DNA of 56,676 nucleotides from Candidatus Riflebacteria bacterium HGW-Riflebacteria-1. GTDB taxonomy: Bacteria; Muiribacteriota; Ozemobacteria; Ozemobacterales; Ozemobacteraceae. The notes beneath the pieces were generated by a model. It ran no database searches. It was not told the DNA's origin and saw nothing but the letters and a program-made list of their open reading frames with translations. The stretch spans positions 128,001 to 184,676 of the forward strand of contig PGYB01000006.1 in assembly GCA_002839445.1 (NCBI GenBank), given 5' to 3'. Each line of letters starts with the position of its first letter. Within the stretch, counting starts at the first letter, position 1. Both the position numbers and the translations under genes were made by a program. Below, piece by piece: positions 36,189 to 49,100 of the stretch.

Positions 36189-39100
36189 ATGAAGCGCAAA
36201 GAAGCAAAATTTGAACCACTGGCGATAGTCGGAATGAGTTGTCTTTTCCCAAAGGCTCAGAGCCTTGAAGATTACTGGGCCAACATCAAAGAAAAAGTTG
36301 ACGCAATAAGCGAAGTACCGGCGACACATTGGAATTCCGCCGACTACCTCGACAGCGACAAAAAGCGTGCCGATCATGTGTACACTTCTACCGGTGGCTT
36401 TCTTGATCCCGTTGATTTTGTGCCCGGCGATTGGGGAATCGCGCCTTCTGACCTCGACTCAATCGACACTTCGCAACTGCTTAGTCTCGTAGTCGCGCAG
36501 GGCGCTCTCAGTGACGCAGGTTACGGCGCTGCTCGCGATTTTAATCGCGACAACGTCAGTGTTATTCTTGGCCTTACCGGCACTCTTGAGATGGTTGTTC
36601 CGCTTGGCGCGCGTCTCGGGCACCCCATCTGGCGCCGGGCCATGCAACATGCCGGTATTCCGGCAGATATCACTGAAGAAGTTATTACCAACATAGGCAA
36701 AGCCTACGTTGGCTGGCAGGAAAACTCTTTCCCTGGCCTCCTTGGCAACGTTGCTGCCGGACGCATCGCGAATCGCCTTAACCTGGGCGGAACCAACTGC
36801 GTCGTCGATGCTGCCTGCGGCAGTTCGCTGGGCGCCATCAATCATGCCGCTCTCGAACTCTGGACTGGCAAAACCGACATGGTTATAACCGGCGGCGTAG
36901 ACACCTTCAATGATATTTTCATGTATATGTGTTTCTGCAAAACACCGGCCCTGTCACCCACCGGCCACGCCCGTCCTTTCAGTGTTGACAATGATGGCAC
37001 TATTCTTGGCGAGGGAATCGGCATGCTGGTGCTTAAGCGCCTGTCAGATGCTGAGCGAGATGGTGATCGTGTTTACGCCTGTATAAACGCGGTCGGCAGC
37101 TCAAGCGATGGCAAAGGCAAGGCTATTTACGCCCCCAGCCCCGTTGGTCAGAAAAAAGCCCTGATGCGCGCCTACGAAATGGCGGCGATAACGCCGCGCG
37201 ACATCAGCCTTATTGAAGCGCACGGCACCGGCACCAACGCCGGTGACGAAGTAGAAACCACGGCACTGAAAGAGCTCTATGGCATCTCTGAAAATGGTCG
37301 ACCATGGTGCGCCCTTGGCTCAGTCAAGTCACAGATTGGCCATACCAAGGCAGCAGCCGGCTCAGCCGGTATTATAAAAGCCGCTCTTGCTCTTTACCAT
37401 AAGGTTATTCCGCCGACTATCAAAATTTCGCAGCCAGCCAACGGCGTGCGCGGCGAAGAAGTTCCATTTTACATGCCCGATAAAATCAGACCCTGGATTA
37501 CCGATGATGCAAGGCCACGCATAGCTGCTGTCAGCGCCCTCGGATTTGGCGGCAGCAACTTTCACGTAGTCGTATCTGAATACAAGTCAGAGAAGACTGT
37601 TGACGACTGGAAGCGCAGCGTAGAACTGGTTACCATTTCTGGCAAAACTCCGGCTGAGATCGAAAATCGTCTGGCAAGCCTGACCAGTTGCAAAAATGCT
37701 TACCAGCTGCGCAAATACGCCGCTGAATCACGCCGCGACTTTAATGCCGACGATAATTGTCGACTGACTTTCGTAGTCGAAGCAATTCACGATATTGAAA
37801 AGATCGTTACCGATATTACCGGTAATCTGTCCAAGAAAGACGGTTCTTTTAATCTGCCAAATGGCGTGTATTATGCCACTGGCGAACAGAAAGCACCGGT
37901 CGGTGTAATTTTTCCCGGTCAGGGAGCGCAATATCCCGGAATGAGTCTCGACCTCGTCTGCAGCAATCAACAGGCTTTTGCCGCCTTTATCGAAGCTGAC
38001 CAGGCAATTTCGTCTCTCGACGCGCAAAACAATCACCTTGTTGATTACGTGTATCCACGCCCGACCTACGATTCCGAAAAAGACAAACTCAACGATGAAA
38101 AACTGCGGGCAACCGACATCGCGCAGCCGGCAATAGGCGCAATAGCTCTTGGCCAGTATCGCGCGCTTGAAGCGTTCGGCCTGCACGCCGATGGCTTTGC
38201 CGGCCATTCATACGGCGAGCTGGTAAGCCTCTGTGCTGCCGGCGCATTTGATAACGCAACTCTGGCAAAACTCTCGCGCAAACGCGGGCAGTTGATGGCT
38301 CAGGGCAGCGGCGACCGCGGCGGCATGATTGCCGTTGCCGCAGATCGCACCTTTGTTAAAGAACTGATCGCCGAAGAAAATCTCGATCTCGTGGTAGCCA
38401 ATCACAACTCACCACAACAGGTTGTGCTTTCCGGCAAAACCTCGGAAATCGAACGCTCACGCGAAGTTTTTAAAGCGCGCAAACTGCGTGCTACCGTGCT
38501 TAATGTCGCCGGCGCCTTTCACAGCAAATTTGTTTCTGACGCTGCCGAACCGTTCCACGCGTTTCTGGCCAGCGAAAAAATCAGCAAACCCTCGGTGCCG
38601 GTATACGCGAATACAACCGCTACCCCCTACCCTTCAGATACTGAAGAGATTAAAAAGCTTCTCGGCTTTCAACTTGCCAACCAGGTGCGTTTCGTCGAAA
38701 TCATCGAAAAAATGTACGCCGACGGAATAAGAACCTTTATTGAAGCCGGGCCCGGCGGAAAAATCACGGGTCTGATCAAGTCTATTCTTGAGGGCCGCGA
38801 ATGCAACATTATCGCGGTCGATTCATCTGCCGGCAAACGTTCTGGCCTCAATGATCTGGCCAGAGTGCTCGCCCAGCTCAGCGCGATCGGCTATAAACTG
38901 CAGGTCACCCGCTGGCAGGACGGCGAAAACTGGCTGGCACAGCAGCCCCAGAACGTCAAACCGAAACTGACTTTCCCGGTCTGCGGCGCCAATTACAAAT
39001 CGCCGGCACATGTTAAATTTTGCGAGGAACTCGCGAAACCGGCGACAGCAAAGCTGATCACCAGCAAAACACCGCCGGCACCGGCAAGCCAGCCGGCCGC

Positions 39101-42100
39101 TAACCAGTCGAGACCTGCGGCTAATATTGCCCCGGCGCCTCAGCCGCAATCTCAGCAACAATCTCAACCGCAGCAGCCAATCTCTTACGTGGCGCCGGCG
39201 CCTGTTATGCCAGCAGCCACCAACGAAGCTCTCAGACTTTCACGCGAAACCCTTTCGGCCATGCAGCAGCTGCAGCAACAAACTGCTGAACTGCACCGCC
39301 GCTTCCTCGAAGGTCAGGAAACCGCGCAAAGAACCATCATGGCGCTGGTTTCAGGGCAGAGCATGCCTGCCGCCAACGCAGCAACTTTTGCGCAGCCGGC
39401 AGCAATGCCGACTCCAGTGCGCGCTCAGCCAGCCGTTTACGCAACGCAACCAGCCCAGGCACCTGTCATGCCGCAGCCCCAGGCTGCACAGCCGATAGCT
39501 CAGGCAGTCAGGGCAACACCAGTTGCAGCGCCAGTAGCAGCCACACCGGCAGCTCCGGATACCAGCCGCATTCAGCCTGTTCTGCTTGATGTCGTGAGTG
39601 AGAAGACCGGTTATCCTGTTGAAATGCTGAACCTCGACATGGATATGGAAGCTGACCTCGGCATCGACTCGATCAAACGCGTCGAAATCATGTCGGCCAT
39701 GCAGGAACGCCTGCCCGATGCCCCGGTAGTTCAGCCCGACCAGCTTGGCAAACTGCGCACACTTACCCAGATACTTCAGTATCTCGGCAGTAATACCAGC
39801 GCGACAGCGACAAAAGCTCCATCTGCAGCGACTTCTACCGCTGCTTCTGCCGCAACGCCCGATACCAGCCGCATTCAGCCGGTTCTGCTTGATGTCGTGA
39901 GTGAAAAAACCGGTTATCCTGTGGAAATGCTGAACCTCGACATGGATATGGAAGCCGATCTCGGCATTGACTCGATCAAACGCGTCGAAATTATGTCGGC
40001 CATGCAGGAACGCCTGCCTGACGCACCCGTAGTGCAGCCTGATCAGCTTGGCAAGCTGCGCACGCTCACCCAGATACTTCAGTATCTCGGCAGCAACGCA
40101 GGTGCACCAGTCAGCGCCGCGCCGGTTCCGCAATCTGCCAGCAATGCCGGGGCAGCTGCGATCAAGCCTGTTTTGATCGAAATTGTCAGTGAAAAAACCG
40201 GTTACCCCGCCGAAATGCTGAACCTCGACATGGATATGGAAGCTGACCTTGGTATCGACTCGATCAAACGCGTCGAAATCATGTCGGCCATGCAGGAACG
40301 CCTGCCCGACGCGCCGGTAGTGCAGCCTGATCAACTTGGTAAACTGCGCACGCTTGCCCAGATTCTCGAGTATCTTGGTTCTGGCAGCAACAATGCAGCG
40401 CAGCCGACAGCTGCTCATAGCACCCCGGCAGCAATACCCGGAATAAACGGCATATTGCTCGAAGTTATTGCCGACAAAACCGGTTACCCGACTGAAATGC
40501 TCAACCCTGACATGGATATGGAAGCCGACCTCGGAATAGACTCGATCAAGCGCGTCGAAATTCTCTCGGCTTTTCAGGAACGGGTCCCTGAAGCTCCAGT
40601 AGTGCAGCCCGGTGATCTCGGAAAGTTCAGAACCATCTCTCAGATACTTGAGTATCTGAATGCTGGCAATGCCGCACCGGCGGCAGTAGCAGCTGAACCC
40701 GCAAAACCAGCGGTCGCGATTAAACTTGAGCCATTAGCTCTCGACAAGGCGACACCCGAGCATTTTCCCATCAAACGCACAGTCTTGCGGGCATATGAAC
40801 TTGGTGCAAGCACAGCAGCGCCCTTGAAAAACCTTAAAAAAGGCGACAGTCTGATCGTAGTTGATGATGGCTATGGTCTTGCCGAAGCTGTTTGTGAGCA
40901 GTTCGCAGCAGCAGGTTACCAGCCATGCCGAGTTAAGCTTGCTGATGTCGGCGCCGCGAAGTTTCTCAATACTATAAAGGGCTTTGTTCTGATCGCGCCG
41001 CTGCCCGAAAAGGCTGCACACAACCTTTGGGAGAGGTCGTCAGAAGAATGGCTTAAAGACTGTTTCATCGCTGCCCAGAAAGCTGGCATGGCTATTAAAG
41101 CTAATGGCAGCGGCCTGTTCGCAACTGTTTCACGACTTGATGGCGCATTTGGCCTTGAATCGCCGACCCGCACCATAGACCCGGTTCAGGGTGGCCTCGC
41201 CGGACTGAGCAAGACAATTGCCCACGAATGGCCAGAAATGTCAGTGCGCGCTATCGACCTTGATTACCGCTTCAAAGACATGCAAAGTGCTGCCGAAAAA
41301 CTGGTCAGGGAACTGTTGCAGCAGGGACCACTGGAAACCGGCCTTACCCGCTCAGCCCGCTATGGTCTGCGCGAAGTAGAAGAGCAGATAGATGAACTAC
41401 CCGGCTCAGATATGCTGCGCCAGGGTGAAACCGTAGTGGTCACTGGTGGTGCCCGCGGTGTAACAGCTGAAACAGCGCTCGAAATGGCAGTCAAGTATCA
41501 CACCAACATGGTGCTGATCGGCCGTTCGCCTGAGCCAACACCTGAACCAGCCTGGTTGAAGGGTGTCACTGGTGACGCTGCAGTTAAACAGGCAATCCTC
41601 AAGAACAGCAGCAAAAAATTGTCGCCCAAAGAACTCGAAGCTGAGTTCAAATCAACCATGGCTAACCGCGAAGTTCTTCACAACCTCGCGCGCATAAACA
41701 GCGCCGGAGTCAAAGCCTTATATTATTCAGCCGATATTCGCGATGCTGATGAGACTGCCCGCGTAATTGATCGCGCGCGCAGTGAATCAGGTCCAATACG
41801 TGCCCTGATGCATGGCGCAGGCGTATTGCGCGACCGCCGCATCGAAGACAAAACGCGTGATCAGCTTGATGATGTTATCGATACCAAGGTAGCCGGCTTG
41901 CGTAATCTGCTGCTGGCCACAACCAAAGACGACCTCAAAGCGATAATCCTCTTCTCATCTTTCTCCGGGCGCTTCGGTAGAACAGGCCAGGTCGATTACT
42001 CAATGGCCAACGAAGTGCTGAATAAAGCAGCCCACAAATTGCGTATCAACAGACCGGGATGCCGAGTGCTTTCATTTAACTGGGGCCCATGGGACGGTGG

Positions 42101-43130
42101 CATGGTAACGCCTTCTCTGCGCAGCGTCTTCCTTGCCGAGGGAATTGGCCTGATACCATTGCGCGATGGCGCGAGACAGCCAATTATTGAACTTAGTCAG
42201 AACTCTTCTGATGCAGTAGAAATTGGCATTATTGGTGAGATAGCCAGCGTGGAGGCTCCGCCCCCCGGAAAAAAGTTCGATAAGGTTTTTGACTTTGATA
42301 TCAATCTGAAGGAAAACGCCTGGCTCAAAGACCACGTGATCAATGGCGATCCGGTTCTGCCGATGGCAGTAGCCGCCGAACTGCTGGCACAGGCTGCTAC
42401 TTTGCGCAACCCCGGGCTGCTCTTTGCCGGCTATGATGAATTGCGCGTCCTCAAAGGCCTGGTGCTCAAAGAGCATAACCTGCCGGTAACTCTCTACGCT
42501 GCCCGGCCCCGCAAGTGTGAAGAAGGCTTCAAGGTGACCTGTGAGATCAGAAGCCTTATCGGCGCGCGCGAAATCGTGAATATCCGTGCCGAAGTTCTTC
42601 TGGTTGAGCAGCTGTCTACGCGTATACCGGCGGCTGTCAAGGCTGACGCCCATCTGGTATACCCGGATTCAATAAATGAGGCCTATCAGAACCACCTGTT
42701 CCATGGCGAATTTCTCAAAGCATTGCAGACCGTCGAAGGCTGGTCGGAAAACGGTATCGTGGCACAATCTGCCACTGCGCTTGACCCGATCGCGTGGTTC
42801 GCCCGTCCGCCAATGTTGCGCTGGCACACTGATCCGCTGGTGGTCGACGCGGCCTACCAGCTCATGATTCTCTGGACCACTCAGGCCTGCGGCGCACCCT
42901 CACTGCCCAGTTTTGCCCGACACTACCGCCAATACGCCAGCGGTTTTGGAAAAGTGCCGGTTACAGTTTCTGCCCGTACCAGACGCAGCGGCGCCATGAT
43001 GGCCAGTGCCGACATAGATTTTATCGATGCCTCAGGCAATCTTCTGGCCAGAATCGAAGGCTATGAATGCACGATGAATGAAAATCTGCGCAACGCTTTC
43101 ATGCTCAGGTCTGTTGGTGGAGCTGAATAA
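36189..43130 (+). CDS. pfaA: PfaA-like polyunsaturated fatty acid/polyketide synthase subunit: KS - MAT - 4x ACP - KR - PKS-type DH
   Basis: KS active site VVDAACGSSLGAINHAALEL. AT motif GHSYGELVSLCAAG. Four tandem ACPs, each with LGIDSIKRVEI(M/L)SA. KR Rossmann VVVTGGARGVTAE. DH motif HVINGDPVLPMAVAAELL. AGGAAGG RBS lies 6 nt upstream. The stop overlaps the next start (TAATG at 43128-43132). Confidence 0.95.
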   Translation: MKRKEAKFEPLAIVGMSCLFPKAQSLEDYWANIKEKVDAISEVPATHWNSADYLDSDKKRADHVYTSTGGFLDPVDFVPGDWGIAPSDLDSIDTSQLLSLVVAQGALSDAGYGAARDFNRDNVSVILGLTGTLEMVVPLGARLGHPIWRRAMQHAGIPADITEEVITNIGKAYVGWQENSFPGLLGNVAAGRIANRLNLGGTNCVVDAACGSSLGAINHAALELWTGKTDMVITGGVDTFNDIFMYMCFCKTPALSPTGHARPFSVDNDGTILGEGIGMLVLKRLSDAERDGDRVYACINAVGSSSDGKGKAIYAPSPVGQKKALMRAYEMAAITPRDISLIEAHGTGTNAGDEVETTALKELYGISENGRPWCALGSVKSQIGHTKAAAGSAGIIKAALALYHKVIPPTIKISQPANGVRGEEVPFYMPDKIRPWITDDARPRIAAVSALGFGGSNFHVVVSEYKSEKTVDDWKRSVELVTISGKTPAEIENRLASLTSCKNAYQLRKYAAESRRDFNADDNCRLTFVVEAIHDIEKIVTDITGNLSKKDGSFNLPNGVYYATGEQKAPVGVIFPGQGAQYPGMSLDLVCSNQQAFAAFIEADQAISSLDAQNNHLVDYVYPRPTYDSEKDKLNDEKLRATDIAQPAIGAIALGQYRALEAFGLHADGFAGHSYGELVSLCAAGAFDNATLAKLSRKRGQLMAQGSGDRGGMIAVAADRTFVKELIAEENLDLVVANHNSPQQVVLSGKTSEIERSREVFKARKLRATVLNVAGAFHSKFVSDAAEPFHAFLASEKISKPSVPVYANTTATPYPSDTEEIKKLLGFQLANQVRFVEIIEKMYADGIRTFIEAGPGGKITGLIKSILEGRECNIIAVDSSAGKRSGLNDLARVLAQLSAIGYKLQVTRWQDGENWLAQQPQNVKPKLTFPVCGANYKSPAHVKFCEELAKPATAKLITSKTPPAPASQPAANQSRPAANIAPAPQPQSQQQSQPQQPISYVAPAPVMPAATNEALRLSRETLSAMQQLQQQTAELHRRFLEGQETAQRTIMALVSGQSMPAANAATFAQPAAMPTPVRAQPAVYATQPAQAPVMPQPQAAQPIAQAVRATPVAAPVAATPAAPDTSRIQPVLLDVVSEKTGYPVEMLNLDMDMEADLGIDSIKRVEIMSAMQERLPDAPVVQPDQLGKLRTLTQILQYLGSNTSATATKAPSAATSTAASAATPDTSRIQPVLLDVVSEKTGYPVEMLNLDMDMEADLGIDSIKRVEIMSAMQERLPDAPVVQPDQLGKLRTLTQILQYLGSNAGAPVSAAPVPQSASNAGAAAIKPVLIEIVSEKTGYPAEMLNLDMDMEADLGIDSIKRVEIMSAMQERLPDAPVVQPDQLGKLRTLAQILEYLGSGSNNAAQPTAAHSTPAAIPGINGILLEVIADKTGYPTEMLNPDMDMEADLGIDSIKRVEILSAFQERVPEAPVVQPGDLGKFRTISQILEYLNAGNAAPAAVAAEPAKPAVAIKLEPLALDKATPEHFPIKRTVLRAYELGASTAAPLKNLKKGDSLIVVDDGYGLAEAVCEQFAAAGYQPCRVKLADVGAAKFLNTIKGFVLIAPLPEKAAHNLWERSSEEWLKDCFIAAQKAGMAIKANGSGLFATVSRLDGAFGLESPTRTIDPVQGGLAGLSKTIAHEWPEMSVRAIDLDYRFKDMQSAAEKLVRELLQQGPLETGLTRSARYGLREVEEQIDELPGSDMLRQGETVVVTGGARGVTAETALEMAVKYHTNMVLIGRSPEPTPEPAWLKGVTGDAAVKQAILKNSSKKLSPKELEAEFKSTMANREVLHNLARINSAGVKALYYSADIRDADETARVIDRARSESGPIRALMHGAGVLRDRRIEDKTRDQLDDVIDTKVAGLRNLLLATTKDDLKAIILFSSFSGRFGRTGQVDYSMANEVLNKAAHKLRINRPGCRVLSFNWGPWDGGMVTPSLRSVFLAEGIGLIPLRDGARQPIIELSQNSSDAVEIGIIGEIASVEAPPPGKKFDKVFDFDINLKENAWLKDHVINGDPVLPMAVAAELLAQAATLRNPGLLFAGYDELRVLKGLVLKEHNLPVTLYAARPRKCEEGFKVTCEIRSLIGAREIVNIRAEVLLVEQLSTRIPAAVKADAHLVYPDSINEAYQNHLFHGEFLKALQTVEGWSENGIVAQSATALDPIAWFARPPMLRWHTDPLVVDAAYQLMILWTTQACGAPSLPSFARHYRQYASGFGKVPVTVSARTRRSGAMMASADIDFIDASGNLLARIEGYECTMNENLRNAFMLRSVGGAE
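39556..40650 (+). repeat. Four tandem ACP-domain-encoding repeats (~290 nt each; copies 1 and 2 almost identical at DNA level)
   Basis: ccggataccagccgcattcagcc(t/g)gttctgcttgatgtcgtgagtga... recurs at ~39556 and ~39857, with further diverged copies at ~40160 and ~40445. Confidence 0.85.
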
Positions 43131-46100
43131 TGACTGCAAATGCCCTGCCGCGAAAGCCTTTCGCTATAGCAATAACCGGTGTTGGCGGGATGTTCCCGGG
43201 CGCAGACAGTCTCGATGACTTCTGGCAGATGATCGCCGAAGGGCGCAGTGCTGCGGCAGAAGTGCCAGCAGGTCGCTGGCCGGAAGCAGCTGTCAAATAT
43301 CATGACCCACGCCCCGGCACTCCTGATCGCGTATTGTCACCGCGCAATTGCGCGTTAAAGAGCATTCCAAAGAACTATGCTCACTTGCAGATAAGCCCGG
43401 AACTTGTTGAAAAGCTTGATCCGCTGCTGGCAATCAGTCTTCAGGTCGGTCGCGATGCCTTCCTGGATGCAGTTACCACCGGTCTTGACCTTAACCGGGT
43501 TCAGGTAATTCTTGCCAATATCGTGCTGCCAACCGATACGGCCAGCGTCATCACACGCGAAATGCATATATCAGCTCTGCGTGAGCAACTTGGCAAAGGC
43601 CTGGTCAGTTCTAAAAGCAGCGAAGTTCACCCGCTTAACCGTCTGGCGGCAGAACTCCCGGCAACTTTGCTCGCTTCGGCTCTTGGCCTCGGTGGCGGCG
43701 GCTATACTCTTGACGCTGCCTGCGCCTCTTCTCTTTACGCAATAAAACTTGCCTGCGAAGAACTCACGGCGCGGCGTGCTGACGCAGTATTGACTGGCGG
43801 TGTGTCGCGGCCGTCATCGCAGTTCACCCAGATGGGCTTTTCGCAACTGCACGCCTTGTCAAAGACCGGCATCTGCCGACCTTTCGACCAGGGCGCTGAT
43901 GGTCTGGTAGTCGGCGAAGGCGCCGGCATGTTCCTGCTCAAACGTCTGGCTGACGCCGAAGCAGCCGGAGACAAGATTTACGCGGTAATCCGTGGTATCG
44001 GCCTGGCCAACGACGTTGGCGGCAGCCTGCTCGCCCCCGACACCGAAGGCCAGATGCGCGCCATGACCCAGGCATATCAACAGGCAGGTTGGCAGCCGCG
44101 CGACGTTCAACTTATTGAATGCCACGGCACCGGCACACCCAAGGGTGATGCCATAGAATTCAGCAGCCTGCATCAGCTCTGGCAGAATGAAAAATCCTCT
44201 GCCGCGAAATGTGTTATCGGCTCGGTCAAGTCAAATGTTGGCCATCTTCTCACCGGAGCCGGAGCCGCCGGCCTGATGAAACTCCTGATGGCACTCAAAA
44301 ACCGGCAACTGCCGCCAACAGCCAATTTTAACCAGGCTGACCCGGCAATCGCCATAGAACAGAGCCACTTTGAAATACTTAAACAACCTCGCGCCTGGGA
44401 GCCAGCCCCTGAACAACCGCGCCGCTGCGCGCTCAGCGCTTTCGGCTTTGGCGGCATCGATGGCCATGTTCTGCTCGAAGAATATTGCAATAACTCGAAA
44501 AAGCCTGCTGCGAAAGCAAAACAAGCGGAAGCCGCACCCGAGCCGCTGCCTGAAATCGCCATAGTAGCCATAGAAACCAGAGCCGGCACCCTGCCCGATC
44601 TCAATGCGTTTCAAAAAGCCGTTATAAATTGTGAGCCGGCGATCAGAGATATTCCTGACAACCGCCACCCCATTACCTCAAACGCCGCCTGGCTTAAAAA
44701 AGGAGCCTATCTCGATGAGATCGCGATAAGACCCGGCGAATTCAAAATCAGCCCGAAAGAGATTCCCGAAATTCTTCCGCAGCAGCTGCTGATGCTGCAA
44801 ACCGCCGATCATGCTCTGCGCTCAATCAAACGCACCCCGGAAGAAACCCGCAACTGGGGCGTCTATATGGGCATAAATCTCGATTTTGCCAGCACCAGCT
44901 TCGCCAGCCGCTGGGCGATCGAAAAAGATGCTCGAGCCGCCGGGTTTGAAGGCATAGCCATGGCTGATCTCGCTGATGCCATCACGCCTCCACTCAACAA
45001 CCCGCGCACCGTTGGCGCGCTCGGTGGAATTGTTGCCAGCCGCATTGCCCGCGAATACAATATAGGCGGCCCATCGCACACTTTTTCAAGTGGCGAGAAC
45101 TCTGGCCTTTCGGCTCTCGAAGCCGGAACTCGCGCGCTGCAACGTTACGAAATTTCGGCAGCACTGGTCGGAGCAGTCGATCTTGCCGGCGATCTGCGCA
45201 ACCTTAACTGCATCGACGCCCTCAGACCCTTCTCGCGCAAAAATGGTTCGGTAGCATTTGACCAGAGCGCTGACGGGGCATTCCCGGGCGAAGGCGCTGT
45301 AGCTCTTGTTATTAAACGCAAAGAAGATGCCCTGCGCGATGGCAACCGCATAATCGCGCTGGTTAAGGGTATTGGCCGTTCGACGCAAACCAGTCCTGGT
45401 GACCGCGATTCAGCAATAGAGGCCTACGGCCGCGCCATGCACACCGCCTGGAACGAGTCAGGGCTGAATATTGCAGGCATGGGCCTGCTCGAAGTTCACG
45501 GCAGCGGCAACCCTGACGAAGATAGAATCGAAGCGGCAGCTCTCGCCAAGACTCTGCCTGGCAAAGATCAGTCGGCACAAAACCGCTTTAAAAGCAACGA
45601 TCAGCTTTGCGCCCTCTCGGCCAGTAAAATGGTCGTCGGCCACACTGGCGCAGCCGCCGGCCTCTTCTCTCTGGCCAAAGCCGCTGTGTGTCTGTATCAA
45701 CAGGTTCTGCCGCGTTACCCCGGCATGCAGAACCCTATCCCTGATATGCAAAACAGGGAAGACTTCTTCTTTACGCCTGCTGAACCGCAATTCTGGTTGC
45801 GCAACCGCATTCAGGGCGAGCGAACAGCCGGAATAAGCAGTTTCACCATCGACGGCAACTTCTATCACGTAGTTCTGCAGGCACTCGAAAACGAGGATCA
45901 GTTGCCTGTGGAAGTTCAGATTGACAACGAGCGTGCTCGCTGCTTTCCTGGCGGCGCGCCCGAAGAAAGTCTTTTTATCGTCGGTGGCATCAATGCCTGC
46001 GATACTCGCGAACGTCTGGCTGCTCTAAGAAACATGGCAGACCGCCCGATTCGGCAGTTGGCCGCTGAATACTGGCAGCAATACGCCCCCGGAGACTACG

Positions 46101-49100
46101 CCAACTGCTTTGCCGCGGTAGTAGCCGATTCCGAAACTACTCTGCGCCGCCGCGTTGATATCGCGCTGAATCATCTCTACAACAATGAAAACAGTCCGAT
46201 GCCTGCTGGTCCTGAGATTCAGGACCGAATTTTCTATAACCCGAATCCCTCAGCGGCGAACGGCAAGATCACTTTTGCCTTTCCCGGTTCTGGCAACCAT
46301 TTTCTTGGCATGGGCACAGCACTTGGTCTTACCTGGCCCGAGCATCTGCGCCGCCTCGATGCAGAACATGAACTGTTGGCCGCGCAGTTCGCACCGCGCT
46401 TAACCGCGCCATGGCGCCTGAGTTACGCACCAGGCTGGCAGGATGACGCCATGCACCAGCTCATTGCTGACCACAATTCACTGGTTTTCAGCCATGTGTC
46501 GTGCTGCGCGCTGGTGAGCGATGTTGTCAGAAGCTTTGGTATTGAACCGGAAATCATCATGGGCTACAGTCTTGGTGAAACCGCGGGCAATTTTGCCACG
46601 CGCACCTGGCGCGAACGCGATGAAATGGTGCGGCGCATGCGCAGTTCGAACCTCTTTACTACTGAGCTGATCGGACGCTACAACTCGCCGCGCCGCCAAT
46701 GGGGCATCGCTGAGAATGAAGTTGTTGAATGGTATCTCGGCGTTATTTACAGCCCGGCAGCGAAGGTCGAAAAGCTGCTGCCAGACTTTCCACAGACCTA
46801 TATTCTCATCGAAAACACCGCCGAAGAATGCGTTATTGGTGGCAACCGCGTCCAGGTCGAAAAGCTGGCCAAAGCCGTTGGCAAAGCCTTCTTTCCGCTC
46901 GAAGGCGTGTCGTCGGTACATTGCGAGGCTGCCTTGCCTTCAGCTGAAGACTATCGTGCACTGCACCTGTATGACTGTCACCCGCCCACCGGCATGACTT
47001 TTATCAGCAGCGGTAAGGGCACTGTCTTTACGCCGCAGCGCGAAGTTTCAGCAGACTCGATCAAAGCGCAGTGTATAGGCCGTATCAACTTTATTAAATG
47101 TGTTGAAACCGCTTACGCCGAAGGAGCGCGCCTGTTTCTTGAAATCGGCCCACGCGCCTCGATGTCGCGCATGATCAGCAATATTCTCGGCCAGCGTCCG
47201 CACTTTGCCAGATCAGCGCTGCTGCATGGCCAGAATCAGGTCAGCAGTATGCTGCGCTTTATCGGTAACGTTGCCGCCGAGGGCGTTAAAGTTGATCTCT
47301 CCCCGCTTTATCGCCAGGCCGAAGCGCCGGCAGCAGCAGTTGCCAGCAAAATCGCGCCCGTAATCATCAAGGTCGCCCACCAGATTGACATCGGCAAACT
47401 GCAGCGTCGTGAAACGGTTGCCGCAACACCGGTTGTCGCAGCACAGTCAACAGCGAAGACCGTAATCCAGGCCGCCGCGCCAACTCCTGTTGAGCGTGCT
47501 ATGACAGTCGACGGCACCACAGATTCTGCCGCCAGATTTGTAACATCAGAAAGTTCAGCCATGAAAAGCCAATCAGCTCAGCCTTCGCCCACAACCCGCC
47601 CGGCTCACATACAGCAGCCAACAACATTGCCTGCAGCAACCAGCCCGCAGCAATATCAAGCTCCCGTTTCTGTCCCGGCTCGACTCAGCGACCTGCCGCA
47701 GCATCCTGCCAATCTTGCAGCCGGTTCTAATTCGCTGCTCGACGGCTGGGTCGCCGCGCAGCACGAAACCGCACGTGCGCATGAAGTATTTCTGCGCCTG
47801 AGCTCGCAGATCGGCGAAGCGCATGCTACATTGCTTAACCAGCAATTGCAGCTCATGCAGGGCATGCCAGCGCAAAATATGCTGGCAGAATTGCCGGATG
47901 AGTCGTGCGCGCAACTGCCAGCGCCTTCGCAGCTGCCGGTTTCGCTGACTCCCGACTACACGCAGCGCATGCCCAGACCTTATACCGGGCCTTTGTTCAT
48001 CGACTGGCACGGCTCGATGGAATTCGCTGTCGGCAAAATCGGCAAGGTTCTCGGCGAATATTTCGCGCCGATTGACGCGAACCCGACGCGCGTGCGCCTG
48101 CCCGACATCCCGCTCAACTTCGTCGACCGTATAGTGCTCGTTGAGGGCGAAAAAGGCTCACTTGGCAAGGGGCGCTGCGTTACCCAGCACGATGTCTACC
48201 CCGACAGCTGGTACCTCGACAATTACTGCATGCCGACCGGGCTTTCAGTTGAAGCCGGTCAGGCTGACCTCTTTCTCTCCGCCTGGCTCGGTATCGACTT
48301 TAAAACGCACGGCGTCGCTAAATATCGACTGCTTGACGCGATTGTTACCATTCACGGCCCCCTGCCCCGCCCCGGCGACACGGTAAATTACGATATTCGC
48401 GTTGACCGTTTCATCAGGCAGGCCAACACTTACCTGTTCTTCTTTGAATTCGACGGCAGCATCGACGGGAGACAGCTGATTACCATGCGTGCTGGCTGCG
48501 CCGGCTTCTTTACCGACCGTCAGCTTGCCGACGGCAAGGGAATCGTGCTGACAGACGACGACACCAGGCCTGATCCCCGCCCCAACCTGCCCGGGCGACA
48601 AAACCTGCCGACCATGCGGGTAGAATCATTCAATGATTCGGCCCTCGCCGCGCTGCGCGCGGGCAACCTCGCCGCCGCTTTCGGCAGCGAGTTCGCCGGC
48701 CTCCCGGTGACACCGCAGACTATTCCATCGCGCAAGATGGCGATGATCGACCGGATCACTGAAATAGACCCGACCGGCGGCCGCTTCGGCCTCGGACGCA
48801 TCAAGGCTGAAATTGATATTCCAATAGATGCCTGGTTCTTGACCCAGCACTTCTGTGACGATCAGGTCATGCCCGGCACGCTGATGTATGAGTCGTGCAT
48901 GCAGTCGCTGCGCGTTTTCCTGCTGCGCATGGGCTGGGTGGCTGACGCTTCAACCTCAGCTTTTGAGCCGGTTCTCGAAGTGCAAAGCCAGCTGCGCTGC
49001 CGTGGTCAGGTTACCCCGGGCGTCAAAAAAGCCCTTTATGATATCTCGATCAAGGAACTCGGCTACAACCCTGAACCCTACGCCATTGCCGATGCGCTGA

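Noticed and set aside
39351-40418. 355-aa antisense ORF across the tandem ACP region of pfaA
   Set aside because: A repeat-driven open frame antisense to four clearly recognisable ACP domains with intact DSIKRVEI serine motifs.
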